Source: Candidatus Nanopelagicales bacterium
GTDB taxonomy: Bacteria; Actinomycetota; Actinomycetes; S36-B12
NCBI GenBank assembly: GCA_017857175.1
Contig: JAFMDS010000004.1
Location: 1,588 to 65,587, forward strand
DNA: 64,000 nt
Direction of reading: 5' to 3'
In this document: positions 8,783 through 20,034 of the stretch, in pieces
Layout: each line of letters opens with the position of its first letter
Numbering within the stretch: the stretch's first letter is position 1
Position numbers and translations under genes: made by a program
The notes under the pieces: model-generated
Seen by the model: the letters and a program-made list of their open reading frames with translations, nothing else
Databases searched by the model: none
What the model was told of the DNA's origin: nothing

Positions 8783-11700
8783 CCAGAACCACCTCACTTT
8801 CTGCGCTTCTTGATCTGACACAAACAGATCCTGGGATTGCTGGAATAGGAAAACTCGCGTTATCAACCGTTGATCTCGTCGATCTTGTTGGCCCCACCAC
8901 AAGCTATCCGTTGGTCATTGCGCAATTGGCGCGCTCTGGGCGCACGCAGCTGGTACTCACCTCTACGGGACGAGAGGCCGATGAAATGGCCCGCTCGCTC
9001 GCGGCCTTCATTCCACGGGAGTCCATTGCAGTCTTCCCCAGCTGGGAGACCTTGCCACATGAGCGTTTATCACCATCATCAGACACTGTCGGTGCCCGAA
9101 TGGCGGTGCTGCGCAGGCTCGCGCATCCGATTGCGGGTGATCACTTTGCTGGACCCATTTCCGTTGTCATCGCATCCGTGCGTGCAGCACTCCAACCCAT
9201 TGTTGCCAGCTTGGGGCAGTCAGATCCCGTTCGACTCGAAGTGGGGGACACCGCGGACCTCACCGCAACCGTAACTCAACTGGTGGACTACGGCTATGAA
9301 CGAGTTGACCTCGTTGAACGACGGGGACAAATAGCAGTACGTGGCGGGATCCTCGACGTATTTCCGCCCACCGAGGAGCATCCGCTCAGGCTCGAGTTTT
9401 GGGGCGATGACATCGAGGAAATTCGATACTTCGCTGTTTCTGATCAACGAACACTGGAGGTAGCGCCCCATGGCTTGTGGGCAACCCCCGTGCGCGAGTT
9501 GCTGTTGACGCCCCAGGTACGCGAACGAGCCAAATTGCTGGGTGAGGCACACGTTGAGGTTGCAGCAATGTGCGAGTCACTCGCTCTCGGAATTCCAGTT
9601 GAAGGTATGGAATCACTTTCCCCCGTCTTGGCTGGTGACATGCGCCCATTGCATGCCCTCATGCCCGAGTCATCATCACTCGTCTTGTGCCAGCCGGAGC
9701 GAATCAAGTCACGTGCTGCGGATGTTGTGAAAACCGCTGAGGAATTCCTCACCGCGGGTTGGCACAGTGCGGCCGTTGGCGGAGTAAGCCCAATAGATCT
9801 CTCCGGATCAATGTTCACCAGCATAGAAATGGTTGTCCAAGAAACCCTAGAAAACAGCGGGGCGGTGTGGAATCTCACCCCGCTACCGACGGACGCAAAA
9901 GATGAAATCATCAATCTGGATGCTCAGGAAATTGATCCATATCGGGGAAACTCTGAACAATTTATTTCCGATGTTAAATCGTGGTTTGTGCAGGACTCGC
10001 AAGTAATCATTACTGCTCAGGGCCACGGACCACTTGAGCGTATTGCCGAGGAACTGCGAAACGCGGACATTGGAACATCTGCTGTTGACACATTGCCGGA
10101 CTCGATTGATCCCGGTGTCGTGTACTTGGTACCCGCTAGCCTCGACCACGGATTTTCCTTGCCAGGTGCATCAATAATTGTCGTGACGGAGAGCGACTTG
10201 GTGGGCCAGAAGTCGGGTACCAAGGACATGCGTCGCATGCCCAGCAAGAGGCGCGGTACGGTCGACCCGCTCACTCTCAAAGCGGGCGATTTTGTTGTTC
10301 ACGAACACCATGGTGTTGGCCGCTATGTTGAAATGATCACAAGGACAATCGCGGGTGCCGAGCGAGAATATTTGATTATTGAATATGCTCCGAGCAAACG
10401 CGGTCAGCCAGCGGACCGATTGTTCGTCCCCATGGACCAATTGGATTTGATCACACGGTACGTCGGTGGTGAAGCACCGAGCGTGCATCGCCTGGGAGGT
10501 GCTGATTGGCAGAAAGCCAAAGGGCGGGCGCGCAAAGCGGTCAAACAAATCGCTGGCGAACTCATTCGACTCTATGCAGCGCGCCAGTCGGCGCAAGGTT
10601 ATGCATTTGGACCTGACTCGCCATGGCAACATGAACTTGAAGATGCCTTCGAGTACGTCGAAACACCCGATCAACTCAGCACGATCGATGAAGTCAAGCG
10701 AGATATGGAACGAACGGTCCCCATGGACCGGTTGATCTGCGGAGATGTTGGCTACGGTAAGACTGAAATCGCCATCAGGGCAGCCTTCAAAGCAGTGCAG
10801 GATGGAAAACAGGTTGCCGTTCTCGTGCCAACTACCCTGCTCGTGCAACAACATCTGTCCACGTTTACTGAACGGTATTCGGCGTTCCCTATCAAAGTTG
10901 GCGCACTGTCTCGATTCACCAGCACAAAAGATTCCAAAGTAACTCTTGAGGGCTTGGCTGATGGATCGGTTGACATTGTTATTGGAACCCACAAGCTCTT
11001 GACTCCGAGCGTGCGCTTCAAAGACTTAGGGCTGGTCATTGTTGACGAGGAACAGCGATTTGGTGTCGAGCACAAGGAGCATCTGAAAGCAATTCGCACC
11101 AATGTTGATGTGCTGGCCATGAGCGCCACACCCATTCCTCGCACCCTTGAAATGGCAGTGACGGGTATCCGTGAAATGTCAGTTATTCAGACACCGCCTG
11201 AAGAGCGTCACCCCGTCCTGACATTTGTCGGCCCCTATGACGAGAAGCAAATCACCGCAGCTGTGCACCGTGAACTTTTACGTGAAGGACAGGTCTTTTT
11301 CATTCACAACCGTGTTGAATCCATTGATCGCGTTGCGGCCAAGATCCAAGAGCTGGTACCCGAAGCACGCGTTGCTGTCGCACATGGTCAAATGTCTGAG
11401 GGTGCTCTTGAACAGGTGATTGTGCAGTTCTGGGAAAAAGAAATTGATGTGCTGGTCTGCACCACAATCGTGGAGTCGGGAATTGACATTCCAAATGCCA
11501 ACACTCTCATTGTTGACAGAGCTGACAAGTTTGGTCTCTCCCAGATGCACCAATTGCGAGGGCGCGTGGGTCGCGGACGCGAACGTGCGTACTCCTATTT
11601 TCTCTACGATCCGAATAAGCCTCTAACTGAAACCGCGCACGAACGACTCGCAACTATCGCGCAGCGAACCGATCTCGGTTCAGGGATGCAGATTGCATTA

Positions 11701-12306
11701 AAGGATCTGGAGATTCGAGGCGCGGGCAATCTTCTCGGTGGAGAGCAAAGCGGGCATATTGCCGATGTCGGTTTTGACCTTTATCTCAGACTTGTGGGAG
11801 AGGCTTTGGCTGAATTTAAAAATGAACCAGCGCGCGATGTGAATGATGTTCGCGTTGAGTTGCCCATCAACGCGCACATTCCGGTGGCGTATGTACCACA
11901 AGAGCGCCTCAGGCTCGAGGCCTATAAACACCTCGCGGATGCAGCAACCGATGACCAAGTGGATGAGGTGGTGAAAGAACTCATTGACAGATATGGGCAG
12001 TTGCCACAAGAGGTCGCAACATTAGTTGCCGTGGCCCGGTTCCGAGTGCTGGCCAAAAAGTTCGGCGTTGAGGAGGTTATCGCTGCGGGAAATGCGATCC
12101 GAATTCACCCGGTGGAATTGGCTGAGTCCCGAACCATGCGGCTAATGCGCATATACCCCCGAACAAACATCAAGCCTGCGACGCGAACGATTTTGGTTCC
12201 CAGTCCCACGGAGCAAGCGGGGGCCATTGGTGCCCCACCGTTGAGAGATGCCGCTCTCCTAGAATGGTTACACGAGTTGTTTACCACCCTATTTTCCACC
12301 CCTTAG
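8779..12306 (+). CDS. mfd: Transcription-repair coupling factor
   Basis: 1175 aa. SF2 translocase motifs GDVGYGKTE and DEEQRFG, plus a TRCF/CarD-like region. GTGA overlap with the preceding gene. Confidence 0.97.
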   Translation: MTRTTSLSALLDLTQTDPGIAGIGKLALSTVDLVDLVGPTTSYPLVIAQLARSGRTQLVLTSTGREADEMARSLAAFIPRESIAVFPSWETLPHERLSPSSDTVGARMAVLRRLAHPIAGDHFAGPISVVIASVRAALQPIVASLGQSDPVRLEVGDTADLTATVTQLVDYGYERVDLVERRGQIAVRGGILDVFPPTEEHPLRLEFWGDDIEEIRYFAVSDQRTLEVAPHGLWATPVRELLLTPQVRERAKLLGEAHVEVAAMCESLALGIPVEGMESLSPVLAGDMRPLHALMPESSSLVLCQPERIKSRAADVVKTAEEFLTAGWHSAAVGGVSPIDLSGSMFTSIEMVVQETLENSGAVWNLTPLPTDAKDEIINLDAQEIDPYRGNSEQFISDVKSWFVQDSQVIITAQGHGPLERIAEELRNADIGTSAVDTLPDSIDPGVVYLVPASLDHGFSLPGASIIVVTESDLVGQKSGTKDMRRMPSKRRGTVDPLTLKAGDFVVHEHHGVGRYVEMITRTIAGAEREYLIIEYAPSKRGQPADRLFVPMDQLDLITRYVGGEAPSVHRLGGADWQKAKGRARKAVKQIAGELIRLYAARQSAQGYAFGPDSPWQHELEDAFEYVETPDQLSTIDEVKRDMERTVPMDRLICGDVGYGKTEIAIRAAFKAVQDGKQVAVLVPTTLLVQQHLSTFTERYSAFPIKVGALSRFTSTKDSKVTLEGLADGSVDIVIGTHKLLTPSVRFKDLGLVIVDEEQRFGVEHKEHLKAIRTNVDVLAMSATPIPRTLEMAVTGIREMSVIQTPPEERHPVLTFVGPYDEKQITAAVHRELLREGQVFFIHNRVESIDRVAAKIQELVPEARVAVAHGQMSEGALEQVIVQFWEKEIDVLVCTTIVESGIDIPNANTLIVDRADKFGLSQMHQLRGRVGRGRERAYSYFLYDPNKPLTETAHERLATIAQRTDLGSGMQIALKDLEIRGAGNLLGGEQSGHIADVGFDLYLRLVGEALAEFKNEPARDVNDVRVELPINAHIPVAYVPQERLRLEAYKHLADAATDDQVDEVVKELIDRYGQLPQEVATLVAVARFRVLAKKFGVEEVIAAGNAIRIHPVELAESRTMRLMRIYPRTNIKPATRTILVPSPTEQAGAIGAPPLRDAALLEWLHELFTTLFSTP

Positions 12307-12320
12307 TGTTCGGAGTTTTT

Positions 12321-12944
12321 GTGAAGATCTCACGTCGTTTGGTGAGCGGAATCGCTCTCTCGGGAATCGTGCTCACGGTTGCATCCCTCACAGGTTGTGG
12401 GGCGAACCAAGCAGGTGCTGCCGCGACACTCGGCGACCAACGCATCACGGAGAACGAACTCAATACCCAGGTGGAGAGTCTGCTCAGGGCACAGGGACTC
12501 ACAAGTGGCGAGGCCACGGCTGAATTGGTATCGACCACCCTTGATCGCATGATCACCTCCAATTTGGTCGACCAACTGGCCGAGCGCCAAGGAATCTCAA
12601 TCTCTCAAGGTGAGCTCGATAACGTGCGGTTGCAGTATTTGGCGCAGGCGGGTGGGCAGCAGCAGCTCGATGCCTTACTCCTCCAGCAAGGAGTTCTCCC
12701 CAGTGAACTTGATAGCGTGATTGAAACAAATCTTCTTGTTTCTGAATTGGGTGCAGCTCTGGCACCGGATGCAACACCCGACGTCCAAGGTGGCGCCGTC
12801 TTCATTGCAGCTTCAGAACTCAGCGTGGAAATTGATGCGCAGGTTGCCCCACGTTTTGGAACGTGGGATGCAGAGAATCTCACTGTTGGGCCAGTGACAG
12901 ACGATGTCTCGGCGCCAGTTGGCGCAGAACTCGGCCAGGAGTAA
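12321..12944 (+). CDS. Lipoprotein with SurA-N-like chaperone domain
   Basis: The ORF-track start at 12264 overlaps mfd. The in-frame GTG at 12321 gives VKISRRLVSGIALSGIVLTVASLTGC, a signal peptide plus lipobox. Confidence 0.7.
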   Translation: MKISRRLVSGIALSGIVLTVASLTGCGANQAGAAATLGDQRITENELNTQVESLLRAQGLTSGEATAELVSTTLDRMITSNLVDQLAERQGISISQGELDNVRLQYLAQAGGQQQLDALLLQQGVLPSELDSVIETNLLVSELGAALAPDATPDVQGGAVFIAASELSVEIDAQVAPRFGTWDAENLTVGPVTDDVSAPVGAELGQE

Positions 12945-12947
12945 TCC

Positions 12948-13595
12948 TTGCAGGGGAGTCGCTTCACTGAACTTGTTGCAGTATTGGACCGACTCTGTTC
13001 CCCCGGTGGGTGCCCTTGGGATGCTGAGCAAACACATCAGACTCTTGTTGAGTATTTGATCGAAGAAGCATATGAATGTGTTGAGGCGATTGAGGCCGGC
13101 AACCAAGCAGACATGCAAGAGGAATTGGGAGACCTTCTGCTTCAAGTTGTCTTCCACGCCAGAATTGCACAGCCGAGATGGGACATTGATTCAGTAATTG
13201 GCGGCATAACGACCAAGTTGATCGAACGCCACCCCCATGTCTTTGGCGATGTACCCGCGCAGACTGCAGGCGATGTTGAAAGCGCTTGGCATGTGCGCAA
13301 GGCTCAGGAAAAGGGGCGTTCATCGCTCACCGACGGTATTCCCGAGTCGCTTCCCGCTCTCATGCGCGCATCTAAAGTGCAATCTCGAACGAAATCACTC
13401 GATATCCCGCGCACCGGGCAGGCTTCTCGCGCGGATAACGTCATTTCAGAACTCAATGGTGCACAAGACCTCGGTGACTTGCTCTATGAACTCGTGCGCG
13501 CTGCCAAAGCTAACGGCTGGGATGCGGAGTCGAGCCTGCGCGGCTCAGTTGCACGAAATATTGAGGTAATCAAGGACCATGAATCAAGCAACTGA
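12948..13595 (+). CDS. mazG: MazG-family nucleoside triphosphate pyrophosphohydrolase
   Basis: 215 aa. Motifs CPWDAEQTHQTLVEYLIEEAYE and ELGDLLLQVVFHA. TTG start 3 nt after the upstream stop. Confidence 0.88.
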   Translation: MQGSRFTELVAVLDRLCSPGGCPWDAEQTHQTLVEYLIEEAYECVEAIEAGNQADMQEELGDLLLQVVFHARIAQPRWDIDSVIGGITTKLIERHPHVFGDVPAQTAGDVESAWHVRKAQEKGRSSLTDGIPESLPALMRASKVQSRTKSLDIPRTGQASRADNVISELNGAQDLGDLLYELVRAAKANGWDAESSLRGSVARNIEVIKDHESSN

Positions 13596-15195
13596 GCAAT
13601 TTCGGGCGATTGCCAAGGCGGCCATAGATGACTGCCTCGAGCAGGATCCGGTTGGTGCAACCTGGCTGGGTGACCATCGATTTGATGCGAGGTTGCCAGA
13701 TTATTCAGCAGAAGCTATTGCGACCTTCGAAGAGAAAATTGACCAGCACCTCACGGCTCTTGATGCAGTGGACGACGTTGAACTCTTGACGGAGGATCTC
13801 GTTGACCTAGAAATTCTGCGGGCGCACCTGCTCAAGGTGCAGTTTGATCTGACGCAGGTTCAAGAACACAAGTGGAATCCCATGGTGTGGAACCCAGGGA
13901 CTGCCCTGCACCTTTTAGAATCGCGGGATTTTGCCCCGCGTGATGAGCGACGTCGAAATCTTGAATCGCGTGCCGAGCACATTCCCGGTTTCTTGGAGCA
14001 GGCTCGGGCAACCCTGAAGGACATGAGCGCCATTCACGTTGAAACTGCAATTGCTCAGCTACAGGGAACTCTCGCACTGGTGGATTCCCTGAACCTCGAC
14101 CAACAAATCTCTGATTCGGTGAGTGAACAGATCGATTGGTTAACCGATGGGTTGCCTCTAGCGACTAGGTCGCCCCGACTTGGGCCCGAGCTCTATGCGG
14201 GAATTCTTTGGCATGCCCTTGATGATTCAACGGACGTCGAGACACTGTATGCAACGGCACACGATCACCTTGGGCTTGTGGGGGATCGAATGCGGAAGAT
14301 CGCAATCGAGTATTTGGCTCATCTGAAGATTGAGTCTGTTGGAGATCCAGTGCGCGAGGCACTGGATCACATTGCCACTACCAATGTTGTTACGAATGAA
14401 AATGTCTTGGACCACGTTCGCTCAGCCGTGGCTTCCGCCCGCGCATTCACCATCGAGCACAACATTGTGACAGTGCCTGAAATTGATACCGAAGTCATTG
14501 AAATGCCAGAAATCCACCGTGGAGTAGCGGTCGCCTACTGTGATGCACCCGGACCACTGGAAAGAGCAAGTGTTCCCACTTTCGTTGCGGTAGCCCCAAC
14601 TCCGGACGACTGGACACCGGAGAGAGTGTTGAGTTTCTACCGGGAGTACAACGCAGTTCAGATACACGACCTCACCATCCATGAAGCAATTCCGGGGCAT
14701 GTGCTGCAACTTGCAGTAGGCAACAGCGGTACTGGTCAAAGTGACACTCGTAGATTTGGTTTCAGCGGTGCATTCGTTGAGGGCTGGGCGGTCTATTCAG
14801 AGGAAGTCATGATCAACGCTGGATACTCCCCCCAAGCGAATCTGGCGAGCAGCCTTGCCATTCGACTCCAACAATTGAAAATGCAAATGCGGATGATCAT
14901 CAACACGATTCTTGACATCGGTGTCCACTCCAAGGACATGAGTGAGCACCAGGCAATGGACCTCATGATGCAACGGGGCTACCAAGAAGAAGGCGAAGCT
15001 GCTGGGAAATGGCGGCGCGCTCTACTGACTTCGGGCCAACTTCCGACCTATTTCGTGGGTTACCTTGCCGTTAAAGGATTAGCTGAAGACTTAAAAGTCA
15101 TGCACCCAGACTGGTCACTCCAGCAAATTCATGACTTGCTGCTCTCATTTGGTTCGCCAGCTCCACGCCATGTGCGCGAACTCGTGGGACTATAG
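13579..15195 (+). CDS. DUF885 family protein (putative metallopeptidase-like)
   Basis: 538 aa. HEAIPGHVLQ motif typical of DUF885. 17-nt overlap with mazG. Confidence 0.75.
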   Translation: MNQATEQFRAIAKAAIDDCLEQDPVGATWLGDHRFDARLPDYSAEAIATFEEKIDQHLTALDAVDDVELLTEDLVDLEILRAHLLKVQFDLTQVQEHKWNPMVWNPGTALHLLESRDFAPRDERRRNLESRAEHIPGFLEQARATLKDMSAIHVETAIAQLQGTLALVDSLNLDQQISDSVSEQIDWLTDGLPLATRSPRLGPELYAGILWHALDDSTDVETLYATAHDHLGLVGDRMRKIAIEYLAHLKIESVGDPVREALDHIATTNVVTNENVLDHVRSAVASARAFTIEHNIVTVPEIDTEVIEMPEIHRGVAVAYCDAPGPLERASVPTFVAVAPTPDDWTPERVLSFYREYNAVQIHDLTIHEAIPGHVLQLAVGNSGTGQSDTRRFGFSGAFVEGWAVYSEEVMINAGYSPQANLASSLAIRLQQLKMQMRMIINTILDIGVHSKDMSEHQAMDLMMQRGYQEEGEAAGKWRRALLTSGQLPTYFVGYLAVKGLAEDLKVMHPDWSLQQIHDLLLSFGSPAPRHVRELVGL

Positions 15196-15199
15196 GCGG

Positions 15200-15685
15200 A
15201 TGAAAAAGCCTTGGGTTTTCGCGGCAGCGGTTCTTGCAGTTTTGACTCTCACTTCCTGTTCACAGGATCAAGAAGAACCAGCAGCAATCGAGTCATCACA
15301 GGAAATGCCTACCCCAACGCCTGAAGAAACTACGGTTGATCCTTGCTTGGTGGTGGCGCAGATGGAGGGAACTCTGTCGATTGCGGTGGCAGATTTCATT
15401 GCAGATCCTCAGCAAGATGCGCTCGCATCCCTTGAAGCGACATTCAACGCCGAGATTGTTCTTCTGTCGCAGCTCATCGATTCCGTGGGAATGGACCCAG
15501 CGCGATTAGACGCTGTCATTGCTTCAAAAGATCTTGCACTGTCAAAATTGAATGAAGCAAATGAATCAGATAATTTCCTTCAAAAGGGTATTTCACTGGC
15601 GGCAGCTGCAAGTTCTGCACAAGATGCCGTTATATCTTCACAAGAAATTCTTTCAGAACTCAATGCGCAATTGGACTGCCCGTAA
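15200..15685 (+). CDS. Hypothetical lipoprotein
   Basis: The internal ATG at 15200 gives MKKPWVFAAAVLAVLTLTSCS (signal peptide plus lipobox). The upstream part of the ORF-track ORF overlaps DUF885. Confidence 0.65.
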   Translation: MKKPWVFAAAVLAVLTLTSCSQDQEEPAAIESSQEMPTPTPEETTVDPCLVVAQMEGTLSIAVADFIADPQQDALASLEATFNAEIVLLSQLIDSVGMDPARLDAVIASKDLALSKLNEANESDNFLQKGISLAAAASSAQDAVISSQEILSELNAQLDCP

Positions 15686-15817
15686 ATCACGTTCATGTAA
15701 TTTATTGTGATCGGTGAATGTCAGTCCAGCGCGCAATCCTTGAGTCGTTTGTTTGACCGCATAGTGTGATTCGCTAACGGACTCAACAAATTCGGCCACA
15801 GTGGGGGGAGTGGTCGA

Positions 15818-15857
15818 GGGCGCGCCGCGATCGGGGGTCACTGTCGCTGGCGCGCCC
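15818..15857. other. GC-rich inverted repeat (two GGCGCGCC palindromes) spanning the DUF4349 stop codon
   Basis: GGGCGCGCC (15818-15826) and GGCGCGCCC (15849-15857), 9-bp complementary arms with a 22-nt loop. Lies in a convergent gene junction. Confidence 0.5.
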
Positions 15858-16683
15858 GCTTTATCAAGCGCACGAGAAGCCACACAATGACAATCCCAAC
15901 GGAGAGTGCAATTGTGAGTGGAATCAGGAAACCGATAAATGTCACGGTGCCGGCAGCAAGATTCACCAGCGCTTGCCATCCGGACGCAATTCCACCCAGA
16001 AAGTCAGGAGTGGAACTCGCGGTAGCGCTTTCAGGTGCGATATCGAAGTACACGACGGACATGTCCACCTGGTCCTGTAATTGTGCCCGTTGGGCAACGA
16101 GCGAATCCCGCTCTGCGGTCCGTGAGGCTAATTCCGACTCAACGGCAACAAGGTCTGCCACGCTTGCGGCCTGCCTTTGAAGTTCCATCAATTTTTCAAT
16201 GCTCGTGTTGAGTGCTTCGATCCGAGCATCGAGGTCCGTGACCGCCATGGTGACATCGGACTCAGAGATGCTGAAGTTAGTCCACGTTCCAAGTTGCTTA
16301 GCGGACTCAATAAAATTCTCAAGGTCTGAGTTTGGAACTTTAACCGTCATGCTGGCGTATTCCGCGTTCTCACTCGTGCGCAGGTCCTCCTGGATGACGC
16401 TTCCACCAAAACTTGTTGTCAGGTCACGGATTTGCTCCACACGCTCGCTAGCGTTGTCAGTGAGCAAACTGATGGAAGCCGTTCTGATTACGACGGTTGC
16501 CGACTTCGTATTACCATCAAAGGACATGGAACTTTCTGCCATGAAGTCTGAAGCGCCGACATCACCCATCGACTGGACGGGTGACTCTTGATTCGCGCAA
16601 CCTGCAAGTGCCATGAATGCCAGTAACGCGATGGCACCCAGTCCGGCAACTGCAACTCGATGCATGCCTCGTAGCGCTCCCAT
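15838..16683 (-). CDS. DUF4349 domain lipoprotein/membrane protein
   Basis: The ATG at 16683 is preceded by GAGGAGG. Signal peptide plus lipobox LAGC, a coiled-coil core, and a C-terminal transmembrane segment with a basic tail. The ORF-track N-terminal extension is judged non-coding. Confidence 0.75.
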   Translation of the reverse strand: MGALRGMHRVAVAGLGAIALLAFMALAGCANQESPVQSMGDVGASDFMAESSMSFDGNTKSATVVIRTASISLLTDNASERVEQIRDLTTSFGGSVIQEDLRTSENAEYASMTVKVPNSDLENFIESAKQLGTWTNFSISESDVTMAVTDLDARIEALNTSIEKLMELQRQAASVADLVAVESELASRTAERDSLVAQRAQLQDQVDMSVVYFDIAPESATASSTPDFLGGIASGWQALVNLAAGTVTFIGFLIPLTIALSVGIVIVWLLVRLIKRARQRQ

Positions 16684-16804
16684 GTGGGCCTCCTCATTGA
16701 TGAATGATTCATGGCTTTGACGCACCGGATAAAGAGAACGATCGTGCCTTTTCATCACGATTTGGCATCAGGTTCCCCGCCGGGGGCGAAGTGCCGTTGG
16801 CTAG

Positions 16805-18097
<1,293 letters not shown>

Positions 18098-18132
18098 TCT
18101 ATTTTGTTCAACATTCATGTGACCATTGAGTT

Positions 18133-18549
18133 ATGTCGGTGACCAAGCAATCAAGCGGGAGCGGTTCTTTGACCGGTCGCGCCCTGGCTTTGGTTCTCAC
18201 CCTCGCCGCGGTGGGGGTGCTGTTGGTGGTCCCCGTTCGCAATTGGTTCGGGCAGCGGGCTGAAATCGCAGAACTTCAAGCTCAGATTGAGGTTTCGTCG
18301 GAGAACGTGGCCCAACTCCAATTAGAAAAAGAGCGCTGGGTTGATCCAGCATTCGTTGCTGCTGAAGCACGTCGCCGGCTCCACTTCGTCATGCCCGGGG
18401 AAATCGGTTATGTCGCTTTGGGGGCTGATGGTCGACCAGCCGCAGAAACCATCTCCGATCTTGCCGCTGAAAAGGATCCCGCCTGGTATTCCAAGTTGTG
18501 GGGTGCGGTGCAAGAAGCCGACGACGCCGTCGAGCCAGCCGGTGAGTAA
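18133..18549 (+). CDS. ftsB: Septum formation initiator (FtsB/DivIC family)
   Basis: 138 aa. One N-terminal transmembrane helix followed by a coiled coil (AELQAQIEVSSENVAQLQLEKERW). Conserved position after eno. Confidence 0.8.
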   Translation: MSVTKQSSGSGSLTGRALALVLTLAAVGVLLVVPVRNWFGQRAEIAELQAQIEVSSENVAQLQLEKERWVDPAFVAAEARRRLHFVMPGEIGYVALGADGRPAAETISDLAAEKDPAWYSKLWGAVQEADDAVEPAGE

Positions 18550-19042
18550 CGGCATTTCGATAGCACCGGCAGACCTGAATGTCATCGAGTTGCAATTGGG
18601 TCGGGAACCACGCGGAGTAATTGAAATCTCTGCTCGGTGCGTGTGTTCGAACCCACTCGTGGTTCGAACGCTCCCGCGATTACCTGATGGCACTCCTTTC
18701 CCCACCACCTACTACATCACCTGTCCAAAGCTTTCGGGTGCGATTGGCACCCTTGAGAGTTCCGGCCTCATGCGTGAAATGGAGGACTTGCTCGAACTAG
18801 ACCCAGAGCTGGCCACGGGTTACGCATCCGCGCACGAGGATTATTTAATTGAGAGGAATGCCATTGAGTTCGTCACTGAACTTGATGGGATTTCTGCGGG
18901 AGGAATGCCTACCCGGGTTAAGTGTCTCCATGTACTTATTGGCCATTCGCTTGCAAAAGGTCCAGGTGTAAACCCATTAGGGGATTTGGCATTGGAACGC
19001 CTGGATCCATTGTGGAGTGTGAACAACTGTGCGCACGGGTAA
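18542..19042 (+). CDS. DUF501 domain protein
   Basis: The in-frame GTG at 18542 overlaps the ftsB stop. The upstream 200 nt of the ORF-track ORF overlaps ftsB in another frame. Conserved eno-ftsB-DUF501-ppx order. Confidence 0.75.
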   Translation: MSNGISIAPADLNVIELQLGREPRGVIEISARCVCSNPLVVRTLPRLPDGTPFPTTYYITCPKLSGAIGTLESSGLMREMEDLLELDPELATGYASAHEDYLIERNAIEFVTELDGISAGGMPTRVKCLHVLIGHSLAKGPGVNPLGDLALERLDPLWSVNNCAHG

Positions 19043-19970
19043 GCGTGTTGCGGCGATTGATTGCGGGACAAATGCAATCCGACTGTTAATCGCTGAGAAA
19101 GGGCATGAATACGCTGTTCCTGTCGACTTGGTGAGGGAAATGCGCACCGTGCGCTTGGGTGAGGGCGTTGATGCAACGGGTGAGTTCAGCTCACCTGCTC
19201 TTGCTCGAACATTCCAAGCCTGTGGTGAGTATGCCGAATTGATCCGAGAGCATCAGGTAGAGCAACTTCGATTCATCGCGACATCAGCATCGCGTGATGT
19301 GTCAAACCGTGACGAATTTATTCACGGAGTTGAGTCCATACTTGGCGTGCAACCGGAAGTTATCTCTGGTGATGAAGAAGCTCGATTATCTTTTGTTGGG
19401 GCGACGAGCGGGTTTGACCCACTCCCGAACGCACCCATACTTGTTGCTGATATCGGCGGCGGTTCAACTGAATTTGTCATGCCTGATTCACAAGGAAAAC
19501 TAATTGCACGGAGCATCAATGTTGGATGTGTTCGCATGACAGAGCGCTACCTGTTGAGCGATCCACCAACATCACAGGAGGTTGGTCACACGGTCGACAC
19601 TTTGGTTCGGGAACTTTCTAGAGTCAAGGAAGCCTTACCAACAGACACAGCGCAAACATTTATTGGATTAGCAGGTTCTGTGACAACGATTGCCGCGATG
19701 GCCCTAGGGCTTGATAGCTATAACGCTGCCGCTATTCATGGCACGACGTTGAGCCGCGACCAAGTTGAGATTCTCACGGAGCAACTGGTGGCCATGCGCA
19801 GGGCTGATCGAGCTCGACTCGGTTTCATGCACCCTGGTCGAGTCGATGTCATTGGCGGGGGTGCCCTAGTCCTCAGGGAAGCGATGCGGGCACTCAACCT
19901 TGATGAGGTCTTGGTGAGCGAACACGATCTGCTTGATGGAGTTGTGCTCCATCTCACTCGAGAAAGCTAG
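19029..19970 (+). CDS. ppx: Exopolyphosphatase / Ppx-GppA family phosphatase
   Basis: 313 aa. ASKHA-fold motifs AAIDCGTNAIRLLIA and ADIGGGSTEF. Confidence 0.9.
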   Translation: MRTGKRVAAIDCGTNAIRLLIAEKGHEYAVPVDLVREMRTVRLGEGVDATGEFSSPALARTFQACGEYAELIREHQVEQLRFIATSASRDVSNRDEFIHGVESILGVQPEVISGDEEARLSFVGATSGFDPLPNAPILVADIGGGSTEFVMPDSQGKLIARSINVGCVRMTERYLLSDPPTSQEVGHTVDTLVRELSRVKEALPTDTAQTFIGLAGSVTTIAAMALGLDSYNAAAIHGTTLSRDQVEILTEQLVAMRRADRARLGFMHPGRVDVIGGGALVLREAMRALNLDEVLVSEHDLLDGVVLHLTRES

Positions 19971-19996
19971 AAAAACTCTTCCCAATTCGGGGTCTA

Positions 19997-20010
19997 TGTA
20001 TACGCTTGCA
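19997..20010. promoter_or_regulatory. Candidate LacI-family operator upstream of the LacI gene
   Basis: TGTATACGCTTGCA fits the generic TGnnAnCGnTnnCA pattern. It lies 25 nt upstream of the ATG at 20035. Confidence 0.4.
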
Positions 20011-20034
20011 GTCACTCGAGGGAGAGGAGGCCGC

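Noticed and set aside
10171-10992. 273-aa ORF antisense to mfd. Similar long antisense or alternative-frame ORFs occur at 16709-17371 (in eno), 27280-27813, 33533-34051, 48182-48685, 17627-18118 and 58957-59520.
   Set aside because: Each lies entirely inside a confidently identified gene on the other strand or in another frame. None has a recognisable motif, and their compositions are odd (Arg/Ser/Cys/His-rich). These are typical shadow ORFs of GC-biased coding DNA.
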